51,141 nucleotides of DNA, taken from sequence record DRR723986_13746. One strand, 5' to 3'. Below, piece by piece: positions 31,470 through 41,191 of this stretch (the first letter of the stretch is position 1; every line of letters starts with the position of its first letter). Made by a program: the position numbers and the translations under genes. Below the pieces are notes generated by a model. The model worked only from the letters and a program-made list of their open reading frames with translations. It made no database searches and was not told the DNA's origin.

Positions 31470-33107
31470 TTACTTGTCGCTTCCCAAGAAAGGATACTTA
31501 TAATCCTCCGGAGAAACAAATGTCTCTTTAATCGTACGTGGAGAAACCCAACGAAGCAAGTTGATCATAGAACCAGCTTTGTCATTCGTCCCTGAAGCTC
31601 TAGCTCCACCGAATGGCTGCTGACCTACTACCGCTCCTGTTGGCTTATCATTGATGTAGAAGTTACCCGCTGCATTTCTAAGTTTTGTAGTGGCCAATTC
31701 CACTGCATAACGATCCTGAGAGAATATAGCTCCGGTCAAAGCATACGGAGAAGTCTGATCGACTAATTCCAATGCTTCTTCAAATCTTTCGGAATCATAC
31801 ACATAGATCGTCAATACCGGACCGAAAATCTCTTCACACATGGTCGTGTACATAGGATCTTGGGTTACGATGACAGTTGGCTCAATGAAGTAACCCTTCG
31901 ACTTATCGTAATTTCCCCCAGCGATGATTTCCACCGCAGGATTGGCCTTCGCATTGTCTATATACTTGGCGATTTTATCAAAAGATTTCTCGTCGATCAC
32001 CGCATTGATGAAGTTGGTGAAATCTTCCGTTCCACCCATTTTCATATCAGCAAGATCCGCCAGCAAGTTTTCTTTCACCTCATCCCAAATATTGGAAGGA
32101 ATATAGGCACGGGAAGCAGCTGAGCATTTTTGACCTTGGAATTCAAAAGCGCCACGCGAAAGTCCTACTGCCACAGCTTTTGGAATAGCTGATTTGTGAG
32201 CAATCACAAAGTCCTTTCCACCTGTCTCACCTACAATTCTTGGGTAAGCTTTATACTGATGGATATTAGCACCTATTGTTTTCCAGATATGCTGGAATAC
32301 GCCAGTGGAACCTGTGAAGTGAATCCCTGCGAAATCAGGATGTTTGAAAATCACGTCTCCCGCAACTGGTCCATCTACGTAGATCAAGTTGATCACACCA
32401 GCAGGAACACCTGCTTCTTTGAACACTTGCATCAATACATTTGCAGAATAAATCTGTGTATAAGCTGGTTTCCACACGATGGTGTTACCCATCATCGCAG
32501 CAGAAGTCGGAAGATTACCAGCGATAGCCGTAAAGTTGAATGGAGTCAAAGCGAAAATAAAACCTTCGAGTGGACGCTGCTCTAATCTATTCCAAACCCC
32601 ATTTCCAGAAACCGGAGGCTGTTGGGAGTAGATTTCAGTCATATACTGCACGTTGAATCGCAAAAAGTCGATAAACTCACATGCCGCATCGATCTCTGCT
32701 TGCATCGCATTTTTAGATTGCCCAAGCATGGTAGCAGCATTGATTTTAGCTCTGTATGGCCCAGCCAAAAGATCAGCTGCTTTCAAGAAAATCGCAGCTC
32801 TTTGTTCCCAAGCTAAGTTTTCCCAAGCTTCTTTAGCACCAAGGGCAGCATCGATCGCCTGCTCTACATGAGATGCATCTCCTTCATGAAAATGACCCAA
32901 CACATGCTGGTGATCATGTGGAGGAGACATGGTGTGCGTATTGCCTGTTCTGACCTCATCGGAACCAATATACATTGGCACATCCACTTGCTGAGATCTA
33001 GCTTCTTTGAGTGCAGCTTGTAACTCTTTTCTCTCGGGGCTTCCGGGAGCGTATGCTTTTACCGGTTCGTTCACCGGAGTTGGTACATTAAAAAAACCTT
33101 TGAGCAT
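31470..33107 (-). CDS. pruA: Delta-1-pyrroline-5-carboxylate dehydrogenase (L-glutamate gamma-semialdehyde dehydrogenase)
   Basis: ALDH motifs TPFNFTAI, HFTGSTG, VGETGGKDF, FQGQKCSAASR, EEIFGP, NDKPTGAVVGQQPFGG. Start moved to the ATG of MLKGFFNVP because the ORF-track TTG at 33140 sits inside a -7 promoter box. Confidence 0.93.
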   Translation of the reverse strand: MLKGFFNVPTPVNEPVKAYAPGSPERKELQAALKEARSQQVDVPMYIGSDEVRTGNTHTMSPPHDHQHVLGHFHEGDASHVEQAIDAALGAKEAWENLAWEQRAAIFLKAADLLAGPYRAKINAATMLGQSKNAMQAEIDAACEFIDFLRFNVQYMTEIYSQQPPVSGNGVWNRLEQRPLEGFIFALTPFNFTAIAGNLPTSAAMMGNTIVWKPAYTQIYSANVLMQVFKEAGVPAGVINLIYVDGPVAGDVIFKHPDFAGIHFTGSTGVFQHIWKTIGANIHQYKAYPRIVGETGGKDFVIAHKSAIPKAVAVGLSRGAFEFQGQKCSAASRAYIPSNIWDEVKENLLADLADMKMGGTEDFTNFINAVIDEKSFDKIAKYIDNAKANPAVEIIAGGNYDKSKGYFIEPTVIVTQDPMYTTMCEEIFGPVLTIYVYDSERFEEALELVDQTSPYALTGAIFSQDRYAVELATTKLRNAAGNFYINDKPTGAVVGQQPFGGARASGTNDKAGSMINLLRWVSPRTIKETFVSPEDYKYPFLGSDK

Positions 33108-33137
33108 AATATCTGGGGTTATGATTTTCTGATTCGC

Positions 33138-33145
33138 CAAAGATA
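33138..33145 (-). promoter_or_regulatory. -7 box (TATCTTTG) for pruA
   Basis: Matches TAnnTTTG, 30 nt upstream of ATG 33107. Confidence 0.6.
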
Positions 33146-33188
33146 ACCAGAAGGTTTAATTGGCGGGTTGATTTGAAGTAAAAGAACC

Positions 33189-33884
33189 CTAAAGTATGTC
33201 TTCTAGTTCTCTCAAATGTGAAATAGTATAGGTAGGCATCAGATCAATGGACTTTCCAAGTGGGTTGAAAAAGACCTGATCTATTCCTGCCCCATAAGCT
33301 CCTCTAATGTCAGACACAGGATTATCTCCTATCATCAAGCTGTTTTCCTTCGTTGCTCCTGCCCGCTCCAACGCATAATGAAATATCCTCGGATCTGGTT
33401 TTTTATGTCCGGTGGTTTCTGAAGTGACTACCAATTCGAAATAATCATTTAAGCCAGAGGACTTCATTTTCTTTGCCTGACTCTCATCAAAACCATTCGT
33501 AATCACATAGAGTTTGTAGTTTGGCTTGAGGTAATCTAGGATCTCAATAGTATGTGGAAATAAGTGGGGTTTGCTCGAAGTTCTGTGCATAAAATCACCT
33601 TCAAATTCATTTGGGATTACTGCATCGATCACACCCGCTTGTTCAAATATTTTGGGAAATCTACTTGCCCGCAATTCATCCTTATGGAGTTCGCCCTTAT
33701 CGTAAGCTTCCCAAAGCTTGAAATTCACTGCATAGAATGAATCTATTAAATGCTGAGCGGATGATAGTCCAAGTTCTTCTAACTTATAATGAAGAAATAG
33801 CTCAGTGAGGGATTCTTGAACATTTCGATCGTAATCCCATAACGTGTGATCTAGATCGAAGAACAAATGCTGGTAAGTTTTCAA
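33189..33884 (-). CDS. yjjG: YjjG family HAD nucleotidase
   Basis: FFDLDHTLWD (HAD motif I), ITNGF, KKPDPRIF, MIGDNPVSDIRGA. Confidence 0.85.
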   Translation of the reverse strand: MKTYQHLFFDLDHTLWDYDRNVQESLTELFLHYKLEELGLSSAQHLIDSFYAVNFKLWEAYDKGELHKDELRASRFPKIFEQAGVIDAVIPNEFEGDFMHRTSSKPHLFPHTIEILDYLKPNYKLYVITNGFDESQAKKMKSSGLNDYFELVVTSETTGHKKPDPRIFHYALERAGATKENSLMIGDNPVSDIRGAYGAGIDQVFFNPLGKSIDLMPTYTISHLRELEDIL

Positions 33885-33889
33885 GGTAA

Positions 33890-34273
33890 TTAACGACGGT
33901 ATTGGTTATTCTGAATTTTATTTATTGCAAGCTCACGGTTGGATTTCAAAATTTCGAAAGTTTCTTGGTCCTTGATGAGACTTGGGTCTTTTTGAATAAA
34001 CTTAAAAACCTGATTTATGATTTCAAGATATTCTTCAAGGATGTAATAAAACACCCATTGATCTACTCTCCTACTTCCTAGTAGCCCAGCATTTTTCAGG
34101 TAAATAAGATGCCTGCTGGTCTTAGTCTGAGTAAAATCAAGGATTAATTCGAAATCTGAAATGGAAAGCTCCTTATTTAACATCAATAGGTGGAAAATCC
34201 TCACTCTTGGCTCTTCTGAAAGCGCTTTGAAGATTCTAAGCCCGTAGTTTAAACTGATATTTTTTAGCCGCAT
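33890..34273 (-). CDS. ArsR/SmtB family transcriptional regulator
   Basis: FKALSEEPRVRI...TQTKTSRHLIYLKNAGLLGSRRVDQWVFYY winged HTH. Confidence 0.88.
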   Translation of the reverse strand: MRLKNISLNYGLRIFKALSEEPRVRIFHLLMLNKELSISDFELILDFTQTKTSRHLIYLKNAGLLGSRRVDQWVFYYILEEYLEIINQVFKFIQKDPSLIKDQETFEILKSNRELAINKIQNNQYRR

Positions 34274-34382
34274 TAGTAAGATTTAACGGAGTTTATGAGG
34301 GGAAAAAGAAATTTCACCCGAAATTAGGGTAATATCGTATCCGAAAAGATAACCATTTGCCGTTCTATTAAGTTTATAATTC

Positions 34383-35033
34383 GTGAAGAACTCATTACTC
34401 CTTAGCGCCACTTTAGTTTTCCTTATGGGAATATTTTTTTCCTCGCTTGATGTAAAAGCTCAAGATGTACAAGAAAAAAAAGTAATCCAACTTTCGGGTA
34501 TTATCCTTAATTCCGATAGCACAGATGCTGTTGCCGGGGTAAATATTTACGTACCAACAAAAGGCAGAGGTACTAGTTCCGGCCGTTTCGGCTACTTTTC
34601 AATGCCTGTTTTAGAAGGAGATTCTGTTATATTTAGTTTTATAGGCTTGAAAAAACAAACATTCAAAGTACCTAATAAAGTAGAAAGTGACCGAATCAGT
34701 TTGATCCTTACCATGGAGGTAGACGAAATTGCGTTAGCTGAAATTGAAGTAATGCCTTATCCGACTGAGGAAGAATTTAAACAAGCCGTTATTGCGCTGA
34801 ATGTGGTGGATCCAATGTCAATTTCCAGAGCGAATATGAGCCCTGAAATGCTCCTTCGCTGGGCGGAATCTATGCCAGCCTCAGGTAATGAAAATTTCCG
34901 ATACTTTCAGGAAGGGCAAGCCATTCAAAATCAAGATCTCTACGGTCCTAGAACACTCAGACTCCTCGACCCATTCGCCTGGGGGCAGTTTATTCGATCT
35001 ATCAAGCGGGGTGATTTGAAGAAGAAGGATTGA
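34383..35033 (+). CDS. Secreted protein with carboxypeptidase-regulatory-like domain
   Basis: Signal peptide; SGIILNSDS...GVNIYV...GTSS...GYFS...GDSVIFSFIGLK, typical of this Bacteroidota domain. GTG start. Confidence 0.8.
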   Translation: MKNSLLLSATLVFLMGIFFSSLDVKAQDVQEKKVIQLSGIILNSDSTDAVAGVNIYVPTKGRGTSSGRFGYFSMPVLEGDSVIFSFIGLKKQTFKVPNKVESDRISLILTMEVDEIALAEIEVMPYPTEEEFKQAVIALNVVDPMSISRANMSPEMLLRWAESMPASGNENFRYFQEGQAIQNQDLYGPRTLRLLDPFAWGQFIRSIKRGDLKKKD

Positions 35034-35051
35034 TGAATTTCCACTAATATC

Positions 35052-35075
35052 TCCCACAAAGGCGCTAGGGCGCAA
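35052..35075 (+). repeat. Left inverted repeat flanking the GxxExxY gene
   Basis: TCCCACAAAGGCGCTAGGGCGCAA is 20/24 identical to the reverse complement of 35496-35519. Confidence 0.72.
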
Positions 35076-35077
35076 AT

Positions 35078-35464
35078 TCAATTGTCGGTAAGACTGTTTA
35101 CCACTCTTTTAATTCCTTCTGTGAGTTTATCTTCATTGAAATTTATTAGCATTCCAAGCCTTAATCCTGTCAATCTTAGGTATGTTCTAAGTTGTTTTGG
35201 ATGAACGGGAAGGAGTTTTTCCACCGATTTCAATTCTATAATCACCTTATTATCAATGATAATATCAGCGCGAAATCCTTAATCCAATTTCATCTCATTC
35301 CAAATCACGGGAATCACAACCTCAGTCTTCACTACCAATCCTCTGGCTCTAAGTTCATACACAAATACTGCTTGATATACTGACTCTAGCAAGCCAGGAC
35401 CAAGCCTTTTATAAATCATAAAGGCTATATCAACAATTATCTTAGAAATCTCATTTTAATGCAT
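35078..35464 (-). pseudogene. GxxExxY family protein (PD-(D/E)xK nuclease-like), disrupted by two in-frame TAA stops
   Basis: Hand translation: MH*NEISKIIVDIAFMIYKRLGPGLLESVYQAVFVYELRARGL...EMKLD*GFRADIIIDNKVIIELKSVEKLLPVHPKQLRTYLRLTGLRLGMLINFNEDKLTEGIKRVVNSLTDN. Stops at 35456-35458 and 35279-35281. Absent from the ORF track. Confidence 0.9.
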
Positions 35465-35495
35465 TTCAGTCAAAATTAAATTTTTCTAAAAAAAA

Positions 35496-35519
35496 TTGCC
35501 CCTTTGCGCCTTTGCGGGA
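35496..35519 (-). repeat. Right inverted repeat flanking the GxxExxY gene
   Basis: Minus strand TCCCGCAAAGGCGCAAAGGGGCAA (tandem CGCAAAGG units); a further degenerate copy lies at 35531-35557. Confidence 0.72.
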
Positions 35520-35560
35520 TTTATTCAAATGCACCTCCTAGCTCCTTTTGCCTGAGGTAA

Positions 35561-37168
35561 TTAATCAATCTCCGGCAGCACCCACTCCTCCAATACACTT
35601 GGTAGCCGCATCATCTCTTCGATAGCGGCGATGGTTCTTGGGGCGGCTTCGGAAAGATTTACAGCTCCGTCTTTGGTAATCAAGATATCATCTTCAATCC
35701 GCACTCCAATTCCCCACCATTTTGGATCACAATCTGATCCCTCTGGTATATAAATTCCTGGCTCAATAGTAAAGACATTACCTTCTTTGAGCGGATCACG
35801 GGTACCGCGATCATGCACATCTAGGCCAATATGGTGGCTAGTCCCGTGAGGAAAATACATATGGCTTTCCCCTTTTTTAATAATTCCCAAGTTGGCAAGT
35901 CCATCATTGATTATCTGGCGGCCTGCCGCATCAATTTCCTGAAAAGTAACCCCAGGCTTAGATATTGCTATTCCTGCTTCTTGAGCTAGGTAAACTAATT
36001 CATAAATAGCCTTTTCTTCAGCATTGAATTTACCATTTATCGGTATGGTGCGGGTCACGTCTGCAGTATACCCTCTCCACTCTGCGCCCAAATCCATCAG
36101 AAGTAACCTGTCATTCAAATCCCGTTTATCATTCTCAATATAATGCAGAATACAGCCATTATTCCCTCCACCTACTATGGATGGATAGCCTAGCTCTTCA
36201 GCACCATATCGCTTATAAATAAATTCATGAACACCCTGAATTTCCCGTTCTGTCATTCCTACCTTCGCCGCTTTCATCACCTCGATTTGTCCAACCGCAG
36301 AAATCATTACCGCTTTTTTAAGTAGGGCAATTTCTTCGGGAGTTTTCACTTCTCTAAGTACACTCATCATACTTGGAAGTGACGTAATATCCAGCTTTTG
36401 ATCAGGCATTTCATCTTTTACGAGCATTCTTTTTTCAGGTGATTCTGCATTCATAAATGAATTGATCAATGGATCTTGCATCATTTCGGGATATTGTCGC
36501 TCATATCTTTTTAGCATTTGAATGACACGATCAGAAGTCTCCAAATCTGAAGTTTTTATCATTTTATAGACCTGTGCACTTATCTCATTTAGTTTATCAG
36601 GATAAGCGGTAGCGGTTTTGAACTCATCAATCATTTGATTGAGAGGTTGATTTGCGCTACTTTCTTCAATTTCTTCAGAAAGGCTAAAAGTCAATATTTT
36701 GTCAAAATCCTGAAGATTAATCCCTGACTTTGTCCCAAAATCAGTGTTAAGAAGAGCTTCTTCAAAGCCTAACTCATTCTTCATTCCTTCAATCCCCATC
36801 CGCTTTCCATTCCACATTTCTGCACGTGGATCTCTATTCTGAACAAAAATCAATTCATCTACTAATTTACCATTAACTTCGCGCTTTTCACTAAAGACAA
36901 CTAGCACCGCATTAGGCTCACGAAATCCTGTCAGGTAGAAGAAATCGGTGTTAGGATGATAAATAAAATCCACATCATTGGTTCTATTTTTAACAGGATT
37001 ATTAAAAAAAACTGCCACAGAACTAGCAGGCATTAATTTTCTTAATTCTTCTCTTCTTTGGCTATGCCATTCTGAGCTGAGCCCATCATCAAAATAAGAT
37101 TGAGAGAATGCCGTGAATGAATACGCAATTAAAAATAGAGTCCAAAGTATCTTTTTCATAGGGATCAT
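35561..37168 (-). CDS. Secreted Xaa-Pro aminopeptidase (aminopeptidase P, M24B)
   Basis: Signal peptide; FFYLTGF N-domain; LHY, DLGAEWRGYTADVTRT, HGTSHHIGLDVHD, TIEPGIY, GVRIEDD metal-binding motifs. Confidence 0.9.
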   Translation of the reverse strand: MIPMKKILWTLFLIAYSFTAFSQSYFDDGLSSEWHSQRREELRKLMPASSVAVFFNNPVKNRTNDVDFIYHPNTDFFYLTGFREPNAVLVVFSEKREVNGKLVDELIFVQNRDPRAEMWNGKRMGIEGMKNELGFEEALLNTDFGTKSGINLQDFDKILTFSLSEEIEESSANQPLNQMIDEFKTATAYPDKLNEISAQVYKMIKTSDLETSDRVIQMLKRYERQYPEMMQDPLINSFMNAESPEKRMLVKDEMPDQKLDITSLPSMMSVLREVKTPEEIALLKKAVMISAVGQIEVMKAAKVGMTEREIQGVHEFIYKRYGAEELGYPSIVGGGNNGCILHYIENDKRDLNDRLLLMDLGAEWRGYTADVTRTIPINGKFNAEEKAIYELVYLAQEAGIAISKPGVTFQEIDAAGRQIINDGLANLGIIKKGESHMYFPHGTSHHIGLDVHDRGTRDPLKEGNVFTIEPGIYIPEGSDCDPKWWGIGVRIEDDILITKDGAVNLSEAAPRTIAAIEEMMRLPSVLEEWVLPEID

Positions 37169-37243
37169 GTTGAATTAAGAATTCTAATGTCTGCGCTTTT
37201 GACCATTTAACAAAGTCTTAATCCACAGATTGCAGCATATCCT

Positions 37244-37251
37244 TATCTTTG
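37244..37251 (+). promoter_or_regulatory. Candidate -7 box (TATCTTTG) upstream of pafA
   Basis: Matches TAnnTTTG in the divergent intergenic region, ~140 nt before the ATG. Confidence 0.5.
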
Positions 37252-37389
37252 GCTATTAAAAAATTTAAATCATATAATCGTAAATCACGAAATCGGTACA
37301 CTTTAGAAATTATTATCGATCAGGCGAGATGCACTCAAGTTAAGCTTAGAGCAGCTTTTCTGACCGTAAAACCCCAATTGAATAAATAG

Positions 37390-39024
37390 ATGAAAAAAAT
37401 AGGGATTGTATTTTTGCTATTCGTTTTGGCTTCTAATCCTCTGAAAGCACAGGAAGCTGCCAAAAAGCCCAAACTAGTTGTTGGTATCATAGTAGATCAG
37501 ATGCGCCAGGATTACCTATATCGCTTTGCCGACAGGTATTCCGACGGTGGTTTTAAGCGGATGATGAAAGATGGTTTTATGATGAAAAACGGCCATTTCA
37601 ACTACATCCCGACTTATACCGGACCTGGTCATGCTTCCGTCTATACTGGCACTACTCCGGCCACGCATGGAATCATCAGCAATGACTGGTACGCAAAAAG
37701 TATCGATAAAATGATCTATTGCGCAGGAGATACTACCGTAACTAATGTAGGTGGATCTGAAAGCAATGGCTACATCAGCCCACGAAACATGCTCACCACC
37801 ACTATCACAGATGAGCTTAGAATCGCTACCCAGAAACGATCCAAAGTGGTAGGAGTAGCAATCAAAGATCGCGGAGCCAGCCTTCCTGCCGGTCACATGG
37901 GAGATGCCTACTGGTTTGATTCCAGCACAGGCGAGTTCATGACCTCTTCCTACTATTATGATCAGCTCCCTAAATGGGTAGATAAATTCAATGAAAGAAA
38001 ATTGGTCGATCAGTACCTTTCCCAGACATGGAATACCCTCTATCCCATCAAAACCTATACTCAAAGTATGGTGGATGACAATCCTTTTGAAGGAAAATTC
38101 AGCGGAAAAGATACCCCTACCTTCCCTTATGACTTGAATAAACTAAGAGAAACCAATGGCCAATTTGGATTGATTTCTTCTACGCCTTTTGGCAATACCC
38201 TTACTTTGGACTTTGCCTTGGCTGCTCTGGAAGGAGAAAAGATGGGCATGGGAGAGGATACAGATTTCTTAGCACTTAGCTTCTCGTCTACTGATTATGT
38301 TGGCCACAGGTTTGGTCCTCAATCCAAAGAAATCGAGGATACTTACCTTCGTTTGGATCAGGAAATAGAAAGGCTACTGAATTACTTGGACGAAACCTAT
38401 GGAAAAGACCAGTATATCGTTTTCTTATCTGCCGATCATGCCGTAGCCGAAGTGGCAACACATATGATCAGCGAGAAAGTGCCTGCAGGCAATTTACCTA
38501 CTGGTACTGTCATGAATGGGCTTCAAAACTTCATTTTAGCTAAGTACGGTGTTGGAAAATGGATTAAAAACTATTCAAATGGACAAATCTTCCTTGACCA
38601 TGAATTGATTCGGGAAAAGGATATAAACCTAGAAGATTTTGAAAATGAAATTGCACAGTATCTGTTGAAAGCTGATGGAATCAAAGAAGTCTATACTGGG
38701 ACAGCCATGCGAACCCGCGAGTTTACCCAAGGTAGAGCGATGCGACTTCAGATGGGCTACAATCACAAGGCTTCAGGCGATATTTTAATTGTACTCGAAC
38801 CCGCATGGCTAACAGGAGGATCCACAGGTACATCTCATGGCACAGGGTATTCATACGATACCAATGTCCCAATCTTATTCTATGGATGGAATGTACCAGC
38901 CGGGGAAAGCTCTAGGTACGCTACCATTACTGACATCGCTCCTACACTTTCTATGATGCTGGACATCAAATTGCCAAATGGTGCGACTGGAGAACCAATT
39001 TTGGAGATTACTGACAAAAAGTAA
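37390..39024 (+). CDS. pafA: PafA-type alkaline phosphatase
   Basis: KPKLVVGIIVDQMRQDYL, YIPTYTGPGHAS (Thr nucleophile), KDRGASLPAGH, STDYVGHRFGP, SADH, SHGT. Confidence 0.9.
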   Translation: MKKIGIVFLLFVLASNPLKAQEAAKKPKLVVGIIVDQMRQDYLYRFADRYSDGGFKRMMKDGFMMKNGHFNYIPTYTGPGHASVYTGTTPATHGIISNDWYAKSIDKMIYCAGDTTVTNVGGSESNGYISPRNMLTTTITDELRIATQKRSKVVGVAIKDRGASLPAGHMGDAYWFDSSTGEFMTSSYYYDQLPKWVDKFNERKLVDQYLSQTWNTLYPIKTYTQSMVDDNPFEGKFSGKDTPTFPYDLNKLRETNGQFGLISSTPFGNTLTLDFALAALEGEKMGMGEDTDFLALSFSSTDYVGHRFGPQSKEIEDTYLRLDQEIERLLNYLDETYGKDQYIVFLSADHAVAEVATHMISEKVPAGNLPTGTVMNGLQNFILAKYGVGKWIKNYSNGQIFLDHELIREKDINLEDFENEIAQYLLKADGIKEVYTGTAMRTREFTQGRAMRLQMGYNHKASGDILIVLEPAWLTGGSTGTSHGTGYSYDTNVPILFYGWNVPAGESSRYATITDIAPTLSMMLDIKLPNGATGEPILEITDKK

Positions 39025-39044
39025 ACTCCCTAATCCTAGCAAGC

Positions 39045-39078
39045 AAAAAGCCTCGGTCTTGAAAGACCGAGGCTTTTT
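39045..39078. terminator. Bidirectional terminator between convergent pafA and hmgA
   Basis: AAAAAGCCTCGGTCTT-GA-AAGACCGAGGCTTTTT perfect hairpin with A and T tails. Confidence 0.88.
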
Positions 39079-39103
39079 GCTAATAATACAAGTAATAATC
39101 CCT

Positions 39104-40267
39104 CTATTCCGTCCAGCTCATCGGATAATTCTCATCCACAAATTCCAACGCATCCGTTGTAATCTGAAGTGATTTGAATGTATCCAGCATCACCGCATAT
39201 TCATCCGTAGCTTTTGCACCGATGGACTTCTCAACCGTTCCTGGATGCGGGCCGTGTGGCAAGCCTCCCATGTGCAAGGTGAATGAACCCCTATCGATTC
39301 CTTTTCTGCTCATAAATTCGCCCTCTGCATAATATAATACCTCATCCGAATCAATATTGGAATGATTGTATGGCGCAGGTATGGAAAGAGGATGATAATC
39401 GAATAGCCTAGGAACAAAAGAACAAATCACAAACCCCCATGCCTGGAAAGTCTGATGAACTGGAGGTGGCTGATGAATTCTGCCAGTTATGGGTTCAAAA
39501 TCATATATTGATAAAGCATAAGGATACAAGAACCCATCCCATCCTACAATATCCAGCGGGCTATGGCCATAAGAATACTGATGGAGCATTCCTTGTTTTT
39601 TGATCTGGACAAGGTATTCACCTTTCTTATCCTCGATATGAAGGTCATGTGGCGGACGTATATCCCGCTCACAGTAGGGTGAGTGCTCTAACAATTGTCC
39701 TACTTCATTTCTATAGCGCTTGACCGTCTCAATAGCACCTACAGACTCTATAACCAGTAGTCTGAGTGGCCCTTCTTCCTCAAATTCAAACCGGTAAATC
39801 GTTGTACGGGGAATGACGATATAATCACCCTTGTGCACTTCAAGTTTTCCAAATTGAGAATACATCACACCTTCACCATCGTGGATATAGATTAATTCAT
39901 CCCCATCAGCATTTTTGAAATAATAATCCATTTTTCGCTGGCGTGGCGCACATATCCCCATCATGACATCGGAGTTCATCATAAGGTTTCTTCGTGCTGA
40001 CAAATAGTCTTCACCCGTGAATTCGATACCAGAAGTCTTTAAGTGGGTTTGATTTAGCCCGTGCTCAGTAGCCGGCTTCCAGGAATAAGGTTCTGGTTTG
40101 CCGATAAACTTAACTTGGTTAGGATTATGAATATGATAAAGTGTGGAGTAAATCCCTGAAAATCCTTTGGAACTCACCACTTCCTCTTTATAGAGACTGC
40201 CATCTGGCTGACGGAATTGTGTGTGTCGTTTGGGCGGGATATCTCCCATTCTGTGATAGTATGCCAT
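39104..40267 (-). CDS. hmgA: Homogentisate 1,2-dioxygenase
   Basis: PPKRHTQF, NADGDEL, GRIHQPPPVH, FVPR, PYNHSNIDSDEVLYY, HGPHPG iron-binding motifs. Confidence 0.92.
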   Translation of the reverse strand: MAYYHRMGDIPPKRHTQFRQPDGSLYKEEVVSSKGFSGIYSTLYHIHNPNQVKFIGKPEPYSWKPATEHGLNQTHLKTSGIEFTGEDYLSARRNLMMNSDVMMGICAPRQRKMDYYFKNADGDELIYIHDGEGVMYSQFGKLEVHKGDYIVIPRTTIYRFEFEEEGPLRLLVIESVGAIETVKRYRNEVGQLLEHSPYCERDIRPPHDLHIEDKKGEYLVQIKKQGMLHQYSYGHSPLDIVGWDGFLYPYALSIYDFEPITGRIHQPPPVHQTFQAWGFVICSFVPRLFDYHPLSIPAPYNHSNIDSDEVLYYAEGEFMSRKGIDRGSFTLHMGGLPHGPHPGTVEKSIGAKATDEYAVMLDTFKSLQITTDALEFVDENYPMSWTE

Positions 40268-40548
40268 TGGTATTGGGTTTATTTCTTAGCCTAAATTTAA
40301 TCATTCCATCAAAAGGACTCTACCTATATTTTAAAAATGATTTTTTCTCTGTCTATCTTTAATGTCTCCCAATTAAAATGAGTTCAAAAACATTCTCAAT
40401 TGCCGTGGAGTTAAAACAGGTAGGTAAAAACGTAAAATCATGGCCCGGTTTTGAAAGACTTTCTTGATTAGTTTGAAAAAAATAGGAAAGTCAAGGAGTT
40501 ATCCCTAAACTGAATACAATTAACATCCCAGCATAAATCTATTTATCG

Positions 40549-41190
40549 ATGAAAAACACTTCTTTTAAGAAAAGGAAAATTACTGCCCTTGTAATTATTG
40601 GAATTTTGATGCTCTTGATCTATGGTAAAAACTTAACTGAGCGCCAAGCCTTCAAAAGTATAAGCAGTACTTTCACAGAAGTATATAATGACCGCTTAGT
40701 AGTAGAGGGCTATATTTTTAGAATATCTGAGAACTTATTTAAAATTCAAAAACTAGTAGACCATTGTGATATGGGGTACGATTACTCATCGGTAGTAAAT
40801 GAAATAGCCACGTATGAAAAAAATATTATTGAAATAGTAAAAGATTTCGAACAGACCAACCTCACCAAAAATGAGGAGCAATACTTAACTGATTTCAAAA
40901 GTATTATAGAAACAGACCTGCAAATCAAGAACTACAGCCTATTATATTCTGACTCTTCTGGCGTGAATATAAATCAGGTAAAACTGTACGATCAAAAAAT
41001 AAGTAAAGCCCAGCAGGACTTAGATAACCTAAGCAAAATCCAATTGGAAGAAGGTGAAAAATTAATCAACAAAGCCAATATCATTATTAATCGCTCCCAG
41101 ATATGGGCTCAATTTGAAGTGGCTTTGTTGATCATATTAGCACTGGCTGTTTATTTACTGCTTTTTAGAAGTAAAGTACCCTTTACCTGA
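40549..41190 (+). CDS. Membrane protein with MCP-type four-helix-bundle sensor domain
   Basis: N- and C-terminal TM helices; SISSTFTEVYNDRLV, F..TNLT..E motifs; no cytoplasmic domain. Confidence 0.72.
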   Translation: MKNTSFKKRKITALVIIGILMLLIYGKNLTERQAFKSISSTFTEVYNDRLVVEGYIFRISENLFKIQKLVDHCDMGYDYSSVVNEIATYEKNIIEIVKDFEQTNLTKNEEQYLTDFKSIIETDLQIKNYSLLYSDSSGVNINQVKLYDQKISKAQQDLDNLSKIQLEEGEKLINKANIIINRSQIWAQFEVALLIILALAVYLLLFRSKVPFT

Positions 41191-41191
41191 T

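Noticed and set aside
33108-33140. N-terminal extension MANQKIITPDI of pruA in the ORF track
   Set aside because: The TTG lies within a TATCTTTG promoter box; ATG 33107 is the more plausible start.
34881-35383. ORFs 34881-35081 (-) and 35192-35383 (+)
   Set aside because: They are antisense to the 34383-35033 gene and to the GxxExxY pseudogene respectively, with no recognisable motifs.
35279-35458. Stop-codon readthrough or recoding of the two TAA codons in GxxExxY
   Set aside because: TAA is the normal terminator in neighbouring genes, so pseudogenisation is the simpler explanation.
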